From the human T2T-CHM13v2.0 reference genome, Homo sapiens, in NCBI RefSeq assembly GCF_009914755.1, contig NC_060926.1: 64,000 nt of DNA. One strand, given 5' to 3'. The position numbers and the translations under genes are program-made. The notes under the pieces are model-generated. The model worked only from the letters and a program-made list of their open reading frames with translations. It made no database searches and was not told the origin of the DNA. This document shows positions 11,911-32,751 of this stretch, piece after piece; the stretch's first letter is position 1; each line of letters begins with the position of its first letter.

Positions 11911-14900
11911 CTGCTATTATAATTATCGATATTGTTATCAAGGACTTAGCTAGACTCTATAGTTGACACAAAGAAATAAATGAAACACTGTTCCTTAAAT
12001 ATTTTATAATCTAGGCGAGTAGGTAAGACAGAGTTAGGAAATGATTAATGAATAAATAAATAAATAACCATACAAGCTTTAAATGCTGAGTCCTTATGGT
12101 GTTAACTATGAATGTAGAGGAGGTAAAATTTGAGCTAGTATAAGAATTTATAATTGGTATGTGTGAGAAGGAGTCTTAGATGGAGAATTGTTCCTGCAAG
12201 TCTTTGCACACATTGAGACTAACAACTGTAAAGTACTAATAAAAATGATATAAGTGCACATTTATATTACAAAGTCATAATCACAAAACCATTTTTATTT
12301 AATGCTTCATTATATAATCCCAGATCTCATTATCCAAAGAAAAACTAACACATGACCCAAAAAGTGTTTATTGTAAATGAGTGTTATTGTTGCTATTATT
12401 TTTTAATATACCTGAAACTTAATTAATAGTTGTATTTTACTGATAAAAATATAGTTAGATTAGATGGCTTCGTGAATTATATATTTTTAACTTAAAGAAA
12501 AACCTACATTGTGTTAAATGGTGACTAAACTCAACGTTTACAAGATCCTATGATTTAGATACATTATCTCCAGTTTGAAAAAGCAGATACAGAGAAGTTA
12601 AATAACTTGCCAATAATGTCCAATAACACATTAATAGCTGAGACTCATGAATCTGAAATAAAACTATGCTAATGATGAAGGGTACATCACGCAATTAATA
12701 AATCATATGTTTAGGATTTGAACCCAGGCCATGCCATTAATTCTAAGCTTGGCTCCCTCATGCTGTAAATTTTTCTAATTAATATTTAAAATACCCACTA
12801 CTGCTCCTTCATATTGCATATGTTTAAGCTGTGGTTTGTTTCTTCCTAATCCCATATAACAACAACATTAAAAACCAAAGAGATCTAAAATATATTTCTA
12901 AAATATTCTGCTTAAATATCCAATAACCAATTTGGAACTTTGTGTGCATAATGAATGCTTACTTGTAAGAAAACTGGTGCTGAAACTTTTATTAATTTCC
13001 TACTTGGAGGATTAGATAATGGCAAATAGTATTTGTAACCTTTATTTCTTTAATTTGTGAAAGATATATTTCAATTTTATAGTACTGAATGTCATGTATT
13101 TTTTAAATTTATTATTTTTTTCATGAACATCATGTTATTATTCACCAGAATACGGGCTATTATTATTGTATTTGTGTTAATGCTGAGCCTTTGTCACCAT
13201 TTTCATTTTAATTCTATCCTCGGTAATAAAATAGTCGATATGTTCCTGCATCTTTTTTCCCTAGCAGTGGAAGTGTTACTTCACTGAAGCAGATAAACAG
13301 GACAGATAATGATTATTATATGCTCAGTGATCCTTATAATGGGGAAAGGTAGAATGTTCTCTGATCACTCTCAAAATTGCAAACTGACTGAATTTCATTT
13401 AGGAAATAGCAAGTTCTTTTCATAGGTGATATTCTCTAAATGTATTTAAAGACTAGAATATTTGCCCTGAATCCTGGGAAAATATGTTAAATTACATCCA
13501 CATAGTAAAATCTTGCTTATTTTATGTAAAGAGGAAAAATCATATATAAATCATATTTTGAGTTAAGGAAAGATGTCAAGGATGCCTCCCCCCACCAAAA
13601 AATGACAATGAATGTCTCGTTTCTTTTCTATATATGCATAAATATCAGGAAAGCTTGAGAGTATCGTGGTTCTTCCTGTTCTATGAATTTACTAAGGGTC
13701 ATGCCAATGCAGGCGAATTAGACAATGCAGTTAGTAAATGAAGGAGAAGGACATTGATCCTATTTTGGGTGAGGAGGAATGATGCAATACATAGATGATG
13801 CAATACATAGATGAAGGCCATTTTTCATGGTCCAGTTCATTTAGATTGCACTGAACATACAAATTATTATTACTACAAAATGCCAAACAATCTGAGGGAC
13901 AAAAATACAGTTGTGTAAATAATTTTGCACTTGAAATAATCAAAACCATTCATATCTTATAAGTGCTTGTCATCTACAGTGTTTGCTTACAGCTAAGCAT
14001 TCCTCTGTTGAAGGAAATTCTAGAGAAGCGTATTTTTTCATTATACTAGTGGCACATTGCTGGTCAGAATAATAACTTCTTGCCTTATTTAAATTTAATC
14101 AAATTCAATATATCTACTAAATCATTATTAAATGCAAAAATGACTAATCTATATACTTTTTTCTATAATGTCCTCATGCTTTTTAGCTTATAAGGTGAAA
14201 GAAGTCAAGAGTAGAAGAAAAAAATTAAAGTTATTGCTCACCTATGTAAGCAGTAGATATAGAAACCATATGTATAGAAACTCCCATGTAGCAAAGAAGG
14301 ATCAATTATGTAAGAAAATAGAAACTGAGAAATTGAGAGTATCTGGGAAAATAACTAGATTCAATCAGATTGTCAGAGAAAGGACACAGAAAATTTTGCA
14401 GATGAGATTTTGGTAGAATAAATAGTATCAAGGGAGAATGAACGCAACACACTGAAGAAAGACAAAGGAGAGCCATGTGATATTGTCAACCAGAGAGGTA
14501 ATTGGTTTTAGTCAAGTCTAAAAGATACTATAATACAAATTTTAAAAATAAGGCTCGATGTGTGGAACAAATGCCCTACATGCCAATGAGTTAGAAGGTC
14601 TGCTTATTCCACACTGAAAAAGAAAGAGAAGGAGAAGATGCAAGAGAGAGCTTGTCATCTAAGAATCATGAATCTAAAATGAAAACATGCTAATAAAGGG
14701 GTCATTGTTTGCATTCAAATGAGATTTCCAAGGGTTATATCACATATAATGAGGAAAAAGTATAAAAGGATGAGCTGACGTTACACCAAATGGGATACCT
14801 CATGGTATCCCAGTGGGGCAAAAAGTGAGAATTAGGATAGGAACACTTGGCAAACATTGAGTGGAGGAAACACAATCACAAAACCAAGATGGGGTTCACT

Positions 14901-15326
14901 GTTGAACCAAAAGGTGAAATACGGAATACATGGGGAGAGGTAGCACATATGGGCCTGTGAACTCACTTCTCCTAAAATAGAGGAACTCAGGCAAATGGTT
15001 CACCCTTTCTCATGTACCACCCCCTCTCTTCCCAATATGCTACATGGTAATAATCTAAAAATTAGGGGACTTAGTTTAAAATAAATATACAGGGGCATCT
15101 TAGGAATTAAGATGCCCCTAAATATTTATATGTAAATAAAATAAAAAGGGAAAGAGAAAAAAATTCTAAACCAGTTAAAATAAAGGTTGAAACCACTTCC
15201 CTCATAGAGTATGCGTAAAATGTCAATAACTTTTAACTTATAGAAGTTATTTTATACTTCAAATATTATATGATTAAGATGATAATACTTTCTGGGTGGT
15301 TAATCCATAAGTGAACAAGCACTTAC

Positions 15327-15571
15327 CCTGTGGCTGGCGACTGGGATGGTATATCTGAAGGTCAAATGGCTGTGCACTGGTTTTCTGAATCACACTGACA
15401 TTCTGCCCTGTCCACTTATTGGCTTTGGACAATGTGTTGGTCCTCCAGTCTGTCCAGTAGACTTCACTCCCATATAGAGACACAGCAAAGGGATGGGAAA
15501 GGTATTCATGACCTCGGATGATTTCTATCATGTTTGTTCCATCATAGAGGGCTGAATAAATAGCATCTGAC
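15327..15571 (-). CDS. LRP1B: LRP1B coding exon (probably exon 27), 245 nt, phase 2-1; end of YWTD propeller
   Basis: Acceptor TCTGTAG|GTCAGATG and donor CCACAGG|GTAAGT. Translation [82 protein letters not shown]. Confidence 0.96.
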
Positions 15572-15795
15572 CTACAGAAAGATAAATACATGAGTAGTTT
15601 GTCAAAACTCATTCAACTAGTCCAGAGACATAATCATGTAACTCAGCTAAATGACAAAAAAGGTATTTTATAAATATTTTTATGGGTCTGTATCTGATTT
15701 GGGGCAAGCAAAAAAAAAATACACCTCCAATTTTAATATATGTATACATGATACTGACATGTTAGGACACTTTCCAATGTTGTAAATATTATCTA

Positions 15796-16038
<243 letters not shown>

Positions 16039-16040
16039 TC

Positions 16041-17560
16041 AGTCATTCATTTCACAGATATTTATTGAGTGCCTACCATATGCTAGGCACTGGATAGGTG
16101 ATAAGTCACAAGAGAAACAGATGTATTATCTATCCTCGTGGGGCTTATGGTCCAGTGGAGGAGCCAGACTAAATAAGTGCATAAATATATAATTATGACT
16201 CATAAAATATTTTGAAAAAAATTGCTATGAGAGAGAATAGCAGGTGACTGACCTACTTAGAGAAGGTGATCAGAAAAAAGCACTTTGAGGAGTGATATTT
16301 ATACTAAAACTGAAGAATGAGGAGAGCAGTATAAAGAGCATGGCAAGTAGAATAAACAACATATGCTAAGGCCCTAACAGGGAAAAGAATGTGGGCTATT
16401 TGAGGAACAGAAATAAGGCCAATGTATTAGAAGCATAGTGAGTGAGGAAGAGAGGGGAGGAATAGGATGTCAAATAGGTGATCTTATGGGTCTTGTAGGG
16501 TAAGAGAATTATTCTGGATTTTATATTAAGGGAATAAGAAGTGCATAGGCCTTTGGTGGCTTTTAAGTAGAGGAGAAATGTTATTCTCTATGTATAGTAA
16601 ATATATACAGACATAGTGACAGCGACAGGAGACAGACAAATTCCCAAGCAGCCAGAAATGGGTCCCCGGTAAAACTGAACCTTCAAGCCAGGGCAGTCTA
16701 AAGCCTGAAAACCAGGCTACCAGTTCTGGGTCGAATCCATGAACCAGAGTAAGAACTTCCATCCATGTCTTACCCACTCTCTCTTAATTGGTTATTTCTG
16801 AATGATGCCTTTAACCTATTGAATGATTCCTTTTCCAAGCCCACCCATAAACCAATCAGCAAGAATTCCCCCATTTGAAGCCCATAAAAACCCCAGACTC
16901 AGCCTCAGAGAAGGCTACCCACTTTCAAATCCCCTCTTGCTGTTGAGAGCTTTTCATTCATTCAATAAATTTTACTCCGCCTTACTCCCTCTCTAGTATG
17001 CATGTACTTTATTCCTTTTGGTCATGGGACAAGAGCCTGGAGTTCGCTGAACTGCAGGAGTGAAAGAGCTGTAATGCTCCTGCTTGCCAAGCTACATGCG
17101 GCAGGAGGAAAAGAGCTGTAACACTCCTGCCTGCCAAATTAGGGGAATAAAAAACCCACAACAATAGTGATGAGACAGTATATCTGTCTAATCAGTATAT
17201 ACACAGGATATACTGTACCAGATAAAACAGATATACTGTCTAATCACTGTGGCTATTATACAGAGAATAGATAATAGTGAGGCAAGAGTACAAGCATGTT
17301 AAGTGGTTATATAAAAGACCAGAAAAGATGATAGTGGTCTAGAGTATGGTGGTGGCAATAAAGGAGAGAAGTGAATTGATTCAAAATATAATTTGAAGGT
17401 AGAATTGTCAGGACTAGCTGATGGACTGGGTGTAAAAAATGAGATAAAAAACAGAATCTCAGGAGACCATCAGTTTCTTGTTTCAGCAATCTCAGATTGA
17501 GGGAAGGATATTGTGTATAGGGGTTCCACTAAGTGAAAGGGAAAAATGGAAAAGGAACAA
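16041..17560 (-). mobile_element. L2 3' region, interrupted by the LTR at 16617-17163
   Basis: tcattcatttcacagatatttattgagtgcctaccatatgctaggcactgg is the antisense L2 3' end; purine-rich L2-like sequence continues after the LTR. Boundaries are approximate. Confidence 0.65.
16617..17163 (+). mobile_element. ERV1 solo LTR (LTR27/MER52 group)
   Basis: TG...CA ends with an exact 4-bp TSD ATAG at 16613 and 17164; start tgacagcgacaggagacagacaaattcc; internal cataaaa and aataaa. Confidence 0.8.
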
Positions 17561-17601
17561 ATTTCAGGAGCTTAAAATTTAACGTTGATGGGTGTAGACA
17601 A

Positions 17602-18333
17602 TGTTGGGGCTCAGAGAATAATATGCCAAAGTATGGTACTTTGGCATGCTAAGCACTTTTTTGAATTAAAGGAAATTGCAAGTTCATGGAAGCTGCCTTT
17701 CAAGAACATTCTAACCTTCTCTTGTTTCTCTCTTCTTTGCCCCAAACACAAGGGAGGGACTCTCTTTCTGGAAGTACCCTTATTTGACTGAAGAAAACTT
17801 CTTTCAAAAGAAATGCAACTGTCTGAAAACCCCTCCCTTGGAATCTCAATAAATATCCAGGAATGATTAAACAACAAAGACAAAAAAAGACTCATCACCA
17901 CACCCAGACAGACTTTTCATCTATTGTTCTGAAGGAAGCTCTGAGAGATTTTCTGAGAGGCTTTATTTGCATAAGGCAATGTTTGTTGGCTGTGAGGTTC
18001 TGCCCTTCACCTTTCTGGAAATTATAGCCACCCCACTCAGAGGTCAGAGGAACATTGGCCCAGGATGTTGTCTATTGTTTGAGCTCATTCAATTCCCCTG
18101 AAAATTATATACCACTCCTCAAAATGCCTTACATTCCCCATTTCCCTCTCCCATATGAAGAGGGTATATAAGCCTCAACCATCTGGTCCTCTGATTCTTT
18201 ATTTTATATGGCTCCCATGTACACTTGCACGTTAGTAATCCTGTATGCCTTTTCTTCTGCTAATTTGCTGCCAGTTTATTTCAGGACACTTGAACCTTCA
18301 GAGAGGGAGTGAAAAATTCCCTTTGCTCTTACA
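17602..18333 (+). mobile_element. ERV1 MER4-group solo LTR
   Basis: Starts tgttggggctcagagaataatatgccaaagtatgg, has a tatataag box near 18166, ends ctttgctcttaca. Subfamily uncertain. Confidence 0.65.
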
Positions 18334-19374
18334 GTAGTAATCAAAAAGAGAAAGTAATGTTGCAGTACATTTTTCTATCAGGTCTGACAATATTTTGTTG
18401 ATAAATGGTAAAATTATGAAATGGTAAAAAAATAAATTTTCTCTTCATTTAATTATATATAGTTTTATTATTTTTGACTTCTATTATTCTGTATAATCCT
18501 TGAAAATAGCAATTTGCTAAATTACCTTGTAAAATGAAACAATCCTTTACAAAATTTAAAATTCAATTAATCCACTTCCTTTTAAAAAAAATTTATGTCT
18601 ATTTAAGAAAATGTGAAATGATATATTCACCATGACTTCTATTTTTGAAAAGAATATAGTCTGTTACAGAAAACAGAAATTACAAATATGAAATGATTAG
18701 AGGACAGTTCAAAACATTATGTTTATAAACATAGTAATTACATATGCTAAAAGAGTATGGCAAAAAGGGAAGAAAGATGAGAGTGGAACTTCCTATATAA
18801 ATTAAAACACTGACATTTGGTAAGTGTTATTAGATAACTGTGTCAATATTAAATAGTGGTAGTGTGTGCTTTTGTGTAAAACAAACTTGGATCAAAGTTG
18901 GAATTTCTCAATTACTTCTGCATACTTAATCTCAAACCCCATTTTCTCATCTGAAAATAAAAACTATTATAGTACACATTTGTTGGGAACATTAGGTGAG
19001 AAAATGGATGTAAACAATTTAGCACACAGAATGATTAGCACAGAGAAAAGATTTGTGTTTGTACATGCATGCTCACACACATATTGATAGAGAATAAATA
19101 TTTTTTAAAGGAAAATTTTCACAGTCTTGCTAACTGTTAAGGAAACAGAGAAAGGGAGAGAAAAAGGGATAGAGAAAATACTAATATCTATGTTTAAATG
19201 CTACAACAGTGTCTATGTGAAAGTAGATTAATTTTATGAAGCAAACGTGAATCAAAGCCATGAAAATATGATTCAGGGCAAGAGATCATAGGAGTAGATT
19301 CATCTCATAGAATTTCTTTCAAACAATTGGTTTCTATTAGTTATTTTTTTAAAATAATTTCAGTTTCATGGAGA

Positions 19375-25682
<6,308 letters not shown>

Positions 25683-26458
25683 GACAGCTTTAGTTCTATG
25701 TATATGGCTTTAATTTTAGTTTCAAGGCTTTCACAGCTATGGTTGTGGAAGCATATTCAGAAAAACAATATCCAAATTGTTTATTGTTCGATAATGAAAT
25801 ATGTGAATAAGACCATTGGGAAAGGATAAAAATGAACATTCATATACCAGAGGACAATGTACTGATAATTGTTTAAGCTAGATAATGGGTACAAGAGAGT
25901 TTATTACACAATCCCTACTAGTTTGTGTACTTTAATATTTCTGTAATAAAAGTTTAAAAGTGTAAATAACTCAAATAAATAGGTACAAATTTTTAAAAAT
26001 GTACCAGAGGACATTTATAAAATTTCAATATTGGGGCCTATTTTCCCAAAAAATTTATGTTTAAAGATAAGATTGTTTTGTATAAAAATATTAATTATCT
26101 GAAAATATTAGCACGAAATTATTTATAAACAAAATTAATCACAAAATAATACAATATGTTGCCAGTTAAATAGAAAATGGAACAAAGGTTAATATAAAGC
26201 TGATAGGCTATTTAAATAGTAAAATGCCTTTCTTAAAAATAATGAATATGAAATAAATTAAATCTCACTTCAATTTAATTTTGAGTGCACAGATCTTTCA
26301 TAGACAACAGGTTGTTATTTGTCAGTTGCTTTTAAACTTAGCATTAAAAACAAAAATATTTAAATAGAAAGAACACGAAGATAGCATCAATCTAATTTGT
26401 AGTGTTATCTCCACAAACAAGGGCCAGTAGAGAGATTTGCAAGCTTAAAAAAATAAGA

Positions 26459-26756
26459 GGCCAGGTGTGGTGGCTCATGCTTGTAATCCTAGCATTTTGG
26501 GAGGTTGAGGCAGATGGATCATGCGAGGTCAGGAGTTTGAGACCAGCCTGGCCAACATGGTGAAACCCTGTCTCTACTAAAAATAGAAACATTGGCTGGG
26601 CGTGGTGGCACGCATCTGTAATCCCAACTACAGAATTGCTTGAACCCGGGAGGCAGAGTTTGCAGTGAGCTGAGATCATGCCACTGTACTGCAGCCTGGG
26701 TGACAGAGCAAAACTCTGTTTCCAAAAAAAAAAAAAAGAAAAAGAAAAGAAAAAAT
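26459..26756 (+). mobile_element. AluS with a small internal deletion in the right arm
   Basis: Dimer with A-rich tail; the gggaggctgaggcagg segment is missing near 26630. Confidence 0.9.
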
Positions 26757-28983
26757 AATCCCTGAAAACAAACTATGAATTTGGAAGTTATAGGCAGTCT
26801 CTGAGTATTTGTGGATAAGCCACCAATAGATGTAGATAAGGCTGTACTTCCCACTCTGCAATGATAACACAAAGACTTCTGATGCATCATCTTTTGCCTG
26901 TATAACAATTGGGAAATTGGTGTCTACCTTGTAACTTTCTATCCAGTTATACTTTGAATAGTTGTGGAGAGTCCAACTATCCATCAGTGACACTGTAATT
27001 CTGTATTCTCTATATTTATATTTACCAGAAATAGGCACTGTGAACTCTGAAACGTTTTTCTAGTGGGGGAAAAATATGGCTTGGGACACTTTGATTCACT
27101 AAAATAAGTGATCCCTTCATTTCTTCATTAAACCTAGCAGTGTTAGTATACTTCTATGGTGATCACTATGAGACTAAAATTTTGTCGATTTAAGTGAGAA
27201 ATTCCAACACTTTTTATAAATAACATGTTATAGAATTAGTCACCCTAGAAGTGTTCTTAACCTTGCCATAACATAGTTCAAAACAATCTTAAGAGCTGAT
27301 TTCAATGATCATCGTTTCATAACATTCTAGGTACTCCTTCATATACTTGATAATGTGCTATTTTAACAGAATCATTTTTTTCCTATTACTTTCTCTTTAG
27401 ATGGTTAAAATGCATTAGCATTTCAATAATTGCATTATATCCTCAAGTATACAAAGACTTAATATGTCTCCTTATAGGATGTATGGAAATGTTCAGTCAC
27501 AATAACTTTTAAAAAAAGAAACTACAGTCTACAGATGCTGCAGTTCCTCCATTCATGGATTAGTAAGTGTCTGGATTAAACTGGGTCAAAAGACATGAAC
27601 AACTTGTAGCATTATAGGCATAAAAAGGCTGTTATCACCTATCAGATCAAGCAGCAGAAGGTAAAAATAAATGATCCTGGTTAAAAAAAAAAAAAAGAGG
27701 TTACTTATCTGTAATATTCAGTTCTAAAACCAACAAAACCTTTATTAGTTCCATTTAAGAATATTCCTAGATAGGATTAAAATATTATTTAGATGTCTCA
27801 CTAATCTTCACAATTACTACTTCTACTTTCACCAACGAAATTTTTATGGCAGTTAAAAATTTAGTTTAACTAAATTCAGTTTTAGTTAAAAGCTGAATTT
27901 TTAGTTCAGTTATTATGACAAAGGAAAACTAAATACTAGCTTTAGCAATAGATCAGGAAGATGCCATGCAGTAGCGTAAAAATAAAGGCAATGAAAGTTC
28001 AAGAACTGAAGTGAGTACCTTGTAGATTCTGCACACCCTGGTGCTTGTTACTCTCTAATAATAAGCTTAATGTTTAAAACGGGATTCATGATCTCTTTCA
28101 GGTCACCTTAGCAATAAGTGTATTACCTTAAAATGGAATGAAAGAAAAATAGCTCCTCCCTAAGACTCTCAATTTACCATCTTGGAATAGTTTGTCACCT
28201 GGGAGATCAGGTCAAAATCCAGAAGACTGAAGGAATATGGCATGATGACAGATATGTTTTATAACCCAAAGTGAATGTTGGTGGATTTTATGCTGGGGAA
28301 GCAAAGTCGTCAATTAAAAACACTTCACATTGGCATCTGTAAAAAAAAAGGTCACAAAGACCTTGATTGCTGTAGAAACCTCACATGAAGTAAATGTGTT
28401 TTGTGAGGCTAGTGTTAGGGCCTGTTTGTTTTCTCAGCTGTGTTAAGGGAGAAAAGTGGCTAGTTGCAAACCTTTCTTTTCATTTGTTATTGTAAACAAA
28501 GTTCATAGTTTTCCCATTAGCTGTCTGTCCTTTACTGTATACTTCCCATTTTAAATATATCCTTGAGTTCCTGTAAGTTACATATAAACAAATTCCATTT
28601 CTATGCATGCATTCATTTGTTTAACATTTACTTAGCACAAGTATATATTCAAAGAGGCTTAGAAGGATTTTACAGACTGAAAACAACTTCCCTTGCCACC
28701 AAAAAGCTTAAGATTTAGTAGAAAATATAACAGTATTTATATAAATCATATTTCTCAATAATTAGTGAATTTTATCTAAAATTAAAAATTTCAAAAGAAG
28801 TTTAAATTACTTTGAAGCTCATATCAATGCTGATTCTCAGCTTCCTTATATATTTTATTAATAGTTTGAGAAATTGGGGAAAATCTTATGTTTATATTGT
28901 ACATAGCACTAAGATAGTAAGCTGAGTTTAAATAAAATTATATTTCAATGTTGCTTTTCTTGTGCTTGGCTTGGCTTTGCTGT

Positions 28984-28985
<2 letters not shown>

Positions 28986-29019
<34 letters not shown>

Positions 29020-29023
29020 GTGT
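28986..29023. repeat. (TG)n microsatellite
   Basis: Directly visible, about 18 units with one CG interruption. Confidence 0.95.
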
Positions 29024-30189
29024 CTGCTTATTGTTGCTATGTTTTAAGCCTACCTTGTGAAAGGTCCAATATATTAAACTAACCTCAGAACTTTTTATCA
29101 AAATAGCCAATAAACTTGAAAATATTTTAATATTCACATTACATTATTAAATCTAAAAATGTACATTTTAAAATGTGCTTTATGATGTTTATATAAACTT
29201 TATATCTTAATCATATTAACCTCTATAAAATAACTTTTAACAATAAAAGCCTATCAAATCATGACACAAAAATCTGTCAACCTTCCAGTTAACACTTAGA
29301 GTTTAATGAATTAGTACTGTTATCCAAACTCTAGTCATTTATTCTAGAAATGATTGTATAAGCATTATTTTGTTACCCTATTTTAAAAAAAAGTATTATT
29401 TTATTATCAATGTAATTATCTTAATTAGCCTCACTGTTTCATAGCAGCAATTAGTGATGGAAGGTATCAACTCCCCCAGAAGCATTTTTGACTTTCCCCT
29501 ACTTTCAGGCTAGCTTTCTGTATTAACTTTCAACTCTTCGAGGATATTTCACACTGAAATCGTATTTGGTATTTTCACTTAAATAGTACTTGTAGATTGT
29601 ATGTCCTTTGTGTTTTTGTTTTCTTTCTTTACTCTCAGTTTGGATATTTACAAAACTGAGATAAATAAGTTGATCCTAGCATTGTCAATACAATATCAGT
29701 GGAAAAGGAAGCATCAACTGCAAAATCTATCTTGTTTGGAGAGACCATTTTTAAACTTTCATACACCTGGTTTTTTGTTTGTTTTCTGTGTCATTTATAA
29801 TTTTGGAATTATTCACGTTTTTCTTCTCATGTTGGTATACATGCTAGGACTACAATCTTTTCCAAAATATTACTTTTCTTTTATTCAGAAAGTTTCCCTT
29901 GCTGACACAACTTAGGTCTGATAGGTAAAACCCTTACATCAGTAGTTGTTGGTACTGGAGATAAGGCCCTAGCTGATAATGAGCTAGCAACTTTGTGGGA
30001 AGTGTAGGGTCAGTATCAGCAATCTACTTGTACCTCAGGAATAAAATATTGAAAAATAAAGGCAAGTCTTATTAAACATAGCAGGCTTTTTCATGATCAA
30101 TTGTTATTACAGGAAGTAATGGGTGAAATAGGTAAAACGTAGACTACATAAACTAGAGAATATACTTCCAGGCTAAGAGAAACAGCTAC

Positions 30190-30361
30190 TACTCAGCTAG
30201 TTGTTACCAAATCTCCCTATTTTACAAAAGAAGGCAGAAATCCAGGGTCTTATGTAAAATCTCTCAATATTTTAAATTTTGACAACTAATTCAAGTAAAT
30301 TTAAAACACTGTGGAAAATAAAGCAAACACATAAATGAGGGTGGCCAATTTGGAATCCTTG
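30190..30361 (+). mobile_element. MER103C-like DNA transposon fragment
   Basis: agaaggcagaaatccagggtcttatgtaaaatctctcaatattttaaattttgacaactaattcaa...aaacactgtg. Confidence 0.6.
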
Positions 30362-30739
30362 CTCTAGATAAATGGTTTCTGCCCCTTTCATTTCTGAGTC
30401 AAAATTGAGGAAAAGAGACACAAACATACTTCCCAATCTATTGACTTCTGAGTCTTAGGCATAGACAAGAGTAAAAGTCAGAAGGTGTGGCCAGGAGGCC
30501 GACTTAGACATCGCCTGGCTTTTCTCTCTTATCTCGTTGAACTCCCTTTTGGCTCACTCCCTGCTCATTGGAGCTCCTCTCTCATTGAAGCACTCATTGG
30601 TGCTCCCTGGACTTGATATTACCTAAAGGTACAAACCTCCTAAAGAATGCCTTTCTGCTAGCCTTTAGGCTTGACAATGACCTTTGATTTACAAAACAAT
30701 TACAAAGGTCAAAATCAACAGGAATAACAAAGCATTCTC

Positions 30740-30935
30740 ACCTATCAGTTGCATATTATCTCCCATGTATATCATCTCCTTAAAAACAACTGAAGGAGGA
30801 AGATGTTATTATCCCCAATTCATAGAATAGAAACCTGAAATCTAAGGGAAAAAGATACACTTGATACACCCAGAGTATAAGTGACTGGGCAGGAACGGGA
30901 ACCCATATGTTCTGGCTGGAAATCCAGTGCCTCTC
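30740..30935 (-). mobile_element. MIR fragment
   Basis: gttattatccccaattcatagaatagaaacctgaaatct...ggaacccatatgttctggct resembles the antisense MIR core. Confidence 0.5.
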
Positions 30936-31555
30936 TTCTGCTCCTTCACAACGGAACACAAAAGGGAAGAGGGCAGTAACCTGAGTTACTCAACATTGAA
31001 CCTTGTTTTCCAGAATCATATGCTTTGTCTTTCAAACCTCCTAACAGTCAATATCTCACCACTGGACTCCTTCAAGCTTATTTAAATTTTCTTTTAAACT
31101 GACTCCAAGAACATAAAAAATAAATAAAGGGTGAAGTGGCTAACATCTGTGACTATTTAGAACAAAGACTGGCCCTGTAGTTTCCAACCATTAGAAACAA
31201 TTACAACATCTCTTTGGCAGGGCAAAGAGAAATTCATTAAATTACTGTTTTGAAAAAGAGTTGCAATAGCTTCCAATAGGGCCTAATGCCCACATTTAGA
31301 AAAAAAAAAAAAGACATTTTGAGCCTCTAAAAGTACCTATGTAAGCAATCCTATCACCAAACTTGTGGTAATAAACTAGTTGCTGTATGTACAACTCACA
31401 TACCTACCCCCACCTCCCCGCCCCCGCCACACACACACATACATGGGCACAAAATAACCACTTTGACTCATAATTGATGAGATAATTAAATTCAATGTTA
31501 AATTGAAAGACTATTTTTTATGCCAAAATCAATCTATAAAAGGCAAACTTCTTTA

Positions 31556-31795
<240 letters not shown>

Positions 31796-32451
31796 TCAAG
31801 GATTGTGTTAAGCACAAAGGAAAAGGCCTTTGTGCCTGTGATCAGCAGTACAAATTATTTCAATGTGATTTCAACTTTGAGAGATTGTAAAAGTGCTACC
31901 TAGCACAGGTAAAACCAAGTAGACTCAAATTTAGCATTACCGATCTTCCTTGCCAGAAATCTTTAATCTAGTAAATCCTTTTGGTATCAGTGGAATAAAG
32001 TTTTTAAGCAGCTCTGAGGCTAATAACAAAGTTGAGGTTGCAAAAAAAAAGTTATTTCTTGTTCCTGACTTTTTTATACAGAGCAAAGGATTTTGGAAAC
32101 AATAATGATATTCTGGTTAAAATCAGTGCAACTTAACTCAAATGTTGATCTTCAAGAGTAGAATAAAATCAAAAGAAAAAGCCCACCAGAGCTAAGATGC
32201 ATTCTGGCTAATCAGCACTCACTCTTTTTCTCTTTTTAGAAGGATAACAGATAATAGCTACTACTATATTTAACCTTAACAAAGATCAACCCCAGATGAC
32301 CCTCTTCCCCACCTGGGACCCTAAGACTTGCAAGATGTAACAAAAATGTAAATAAGAGAAAAAGGTCTGAATAAAAATAAGCATTTCAGTGATGCCTACC
32401 AATATTCTTATTTATCCACTATTGAATTTCTTTCACAATTTAAAAAAAAAT

Positions 32452-32751
32452 CTTTTTTTCTACTTTTTGAGACAGGGTCTCACTTTGGTTTGCCCAGGCT
32501 GGAATGCAATGGTGTGATCACGGCTCATTGCAGCCTCAACTTCCAGGGCTCAGATGATTCTCCTACTTCAGCCTCCTGAGTAGCAAGGACTACAGGTGCA
32601 CACAACCACACCCAGCTAATTCTTTGTATTTTTGGTAGAGATGGGGTTTTGCCATGTTGTCCAGGCTGGTCTCAAACTCATGGGCTTAAACATCTGTCTG
32701 TCTCAGCCTCCCAAAGTGCTGGGGTTACAAGCATGAGCCACTGTGCTGGCC
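32452..32751 (-). mobile_element. AluJ
   Basis: Antisense dimer with AluJ-type gacagggtctcact and gctcattgcagcctcaac. Confidence 0.9.

Noticed and set aside
14791-14812. Hairpin tgggatacc-tcat-ggtatccca
   Set aside because: A 9-bp stem with a short loop is expected by chance roughly once or a few times in a window this size.
26676-27038. 120-aa minus-strand ORF in non-repeat-looking DNA
   Set aside because: No recognisable domain, it ends inside an Alu tail, and it is not needed to keep the LRP1B frame between the flanking exons.
27535-27696. Possible small retrocopy (ATG CTG CAG TTC CTC..., AATAAA, A run) resembling the STMP1 N-terminus MLQFL
   Set aside because: Similarity stops after five codons and I see no convincing TSD.
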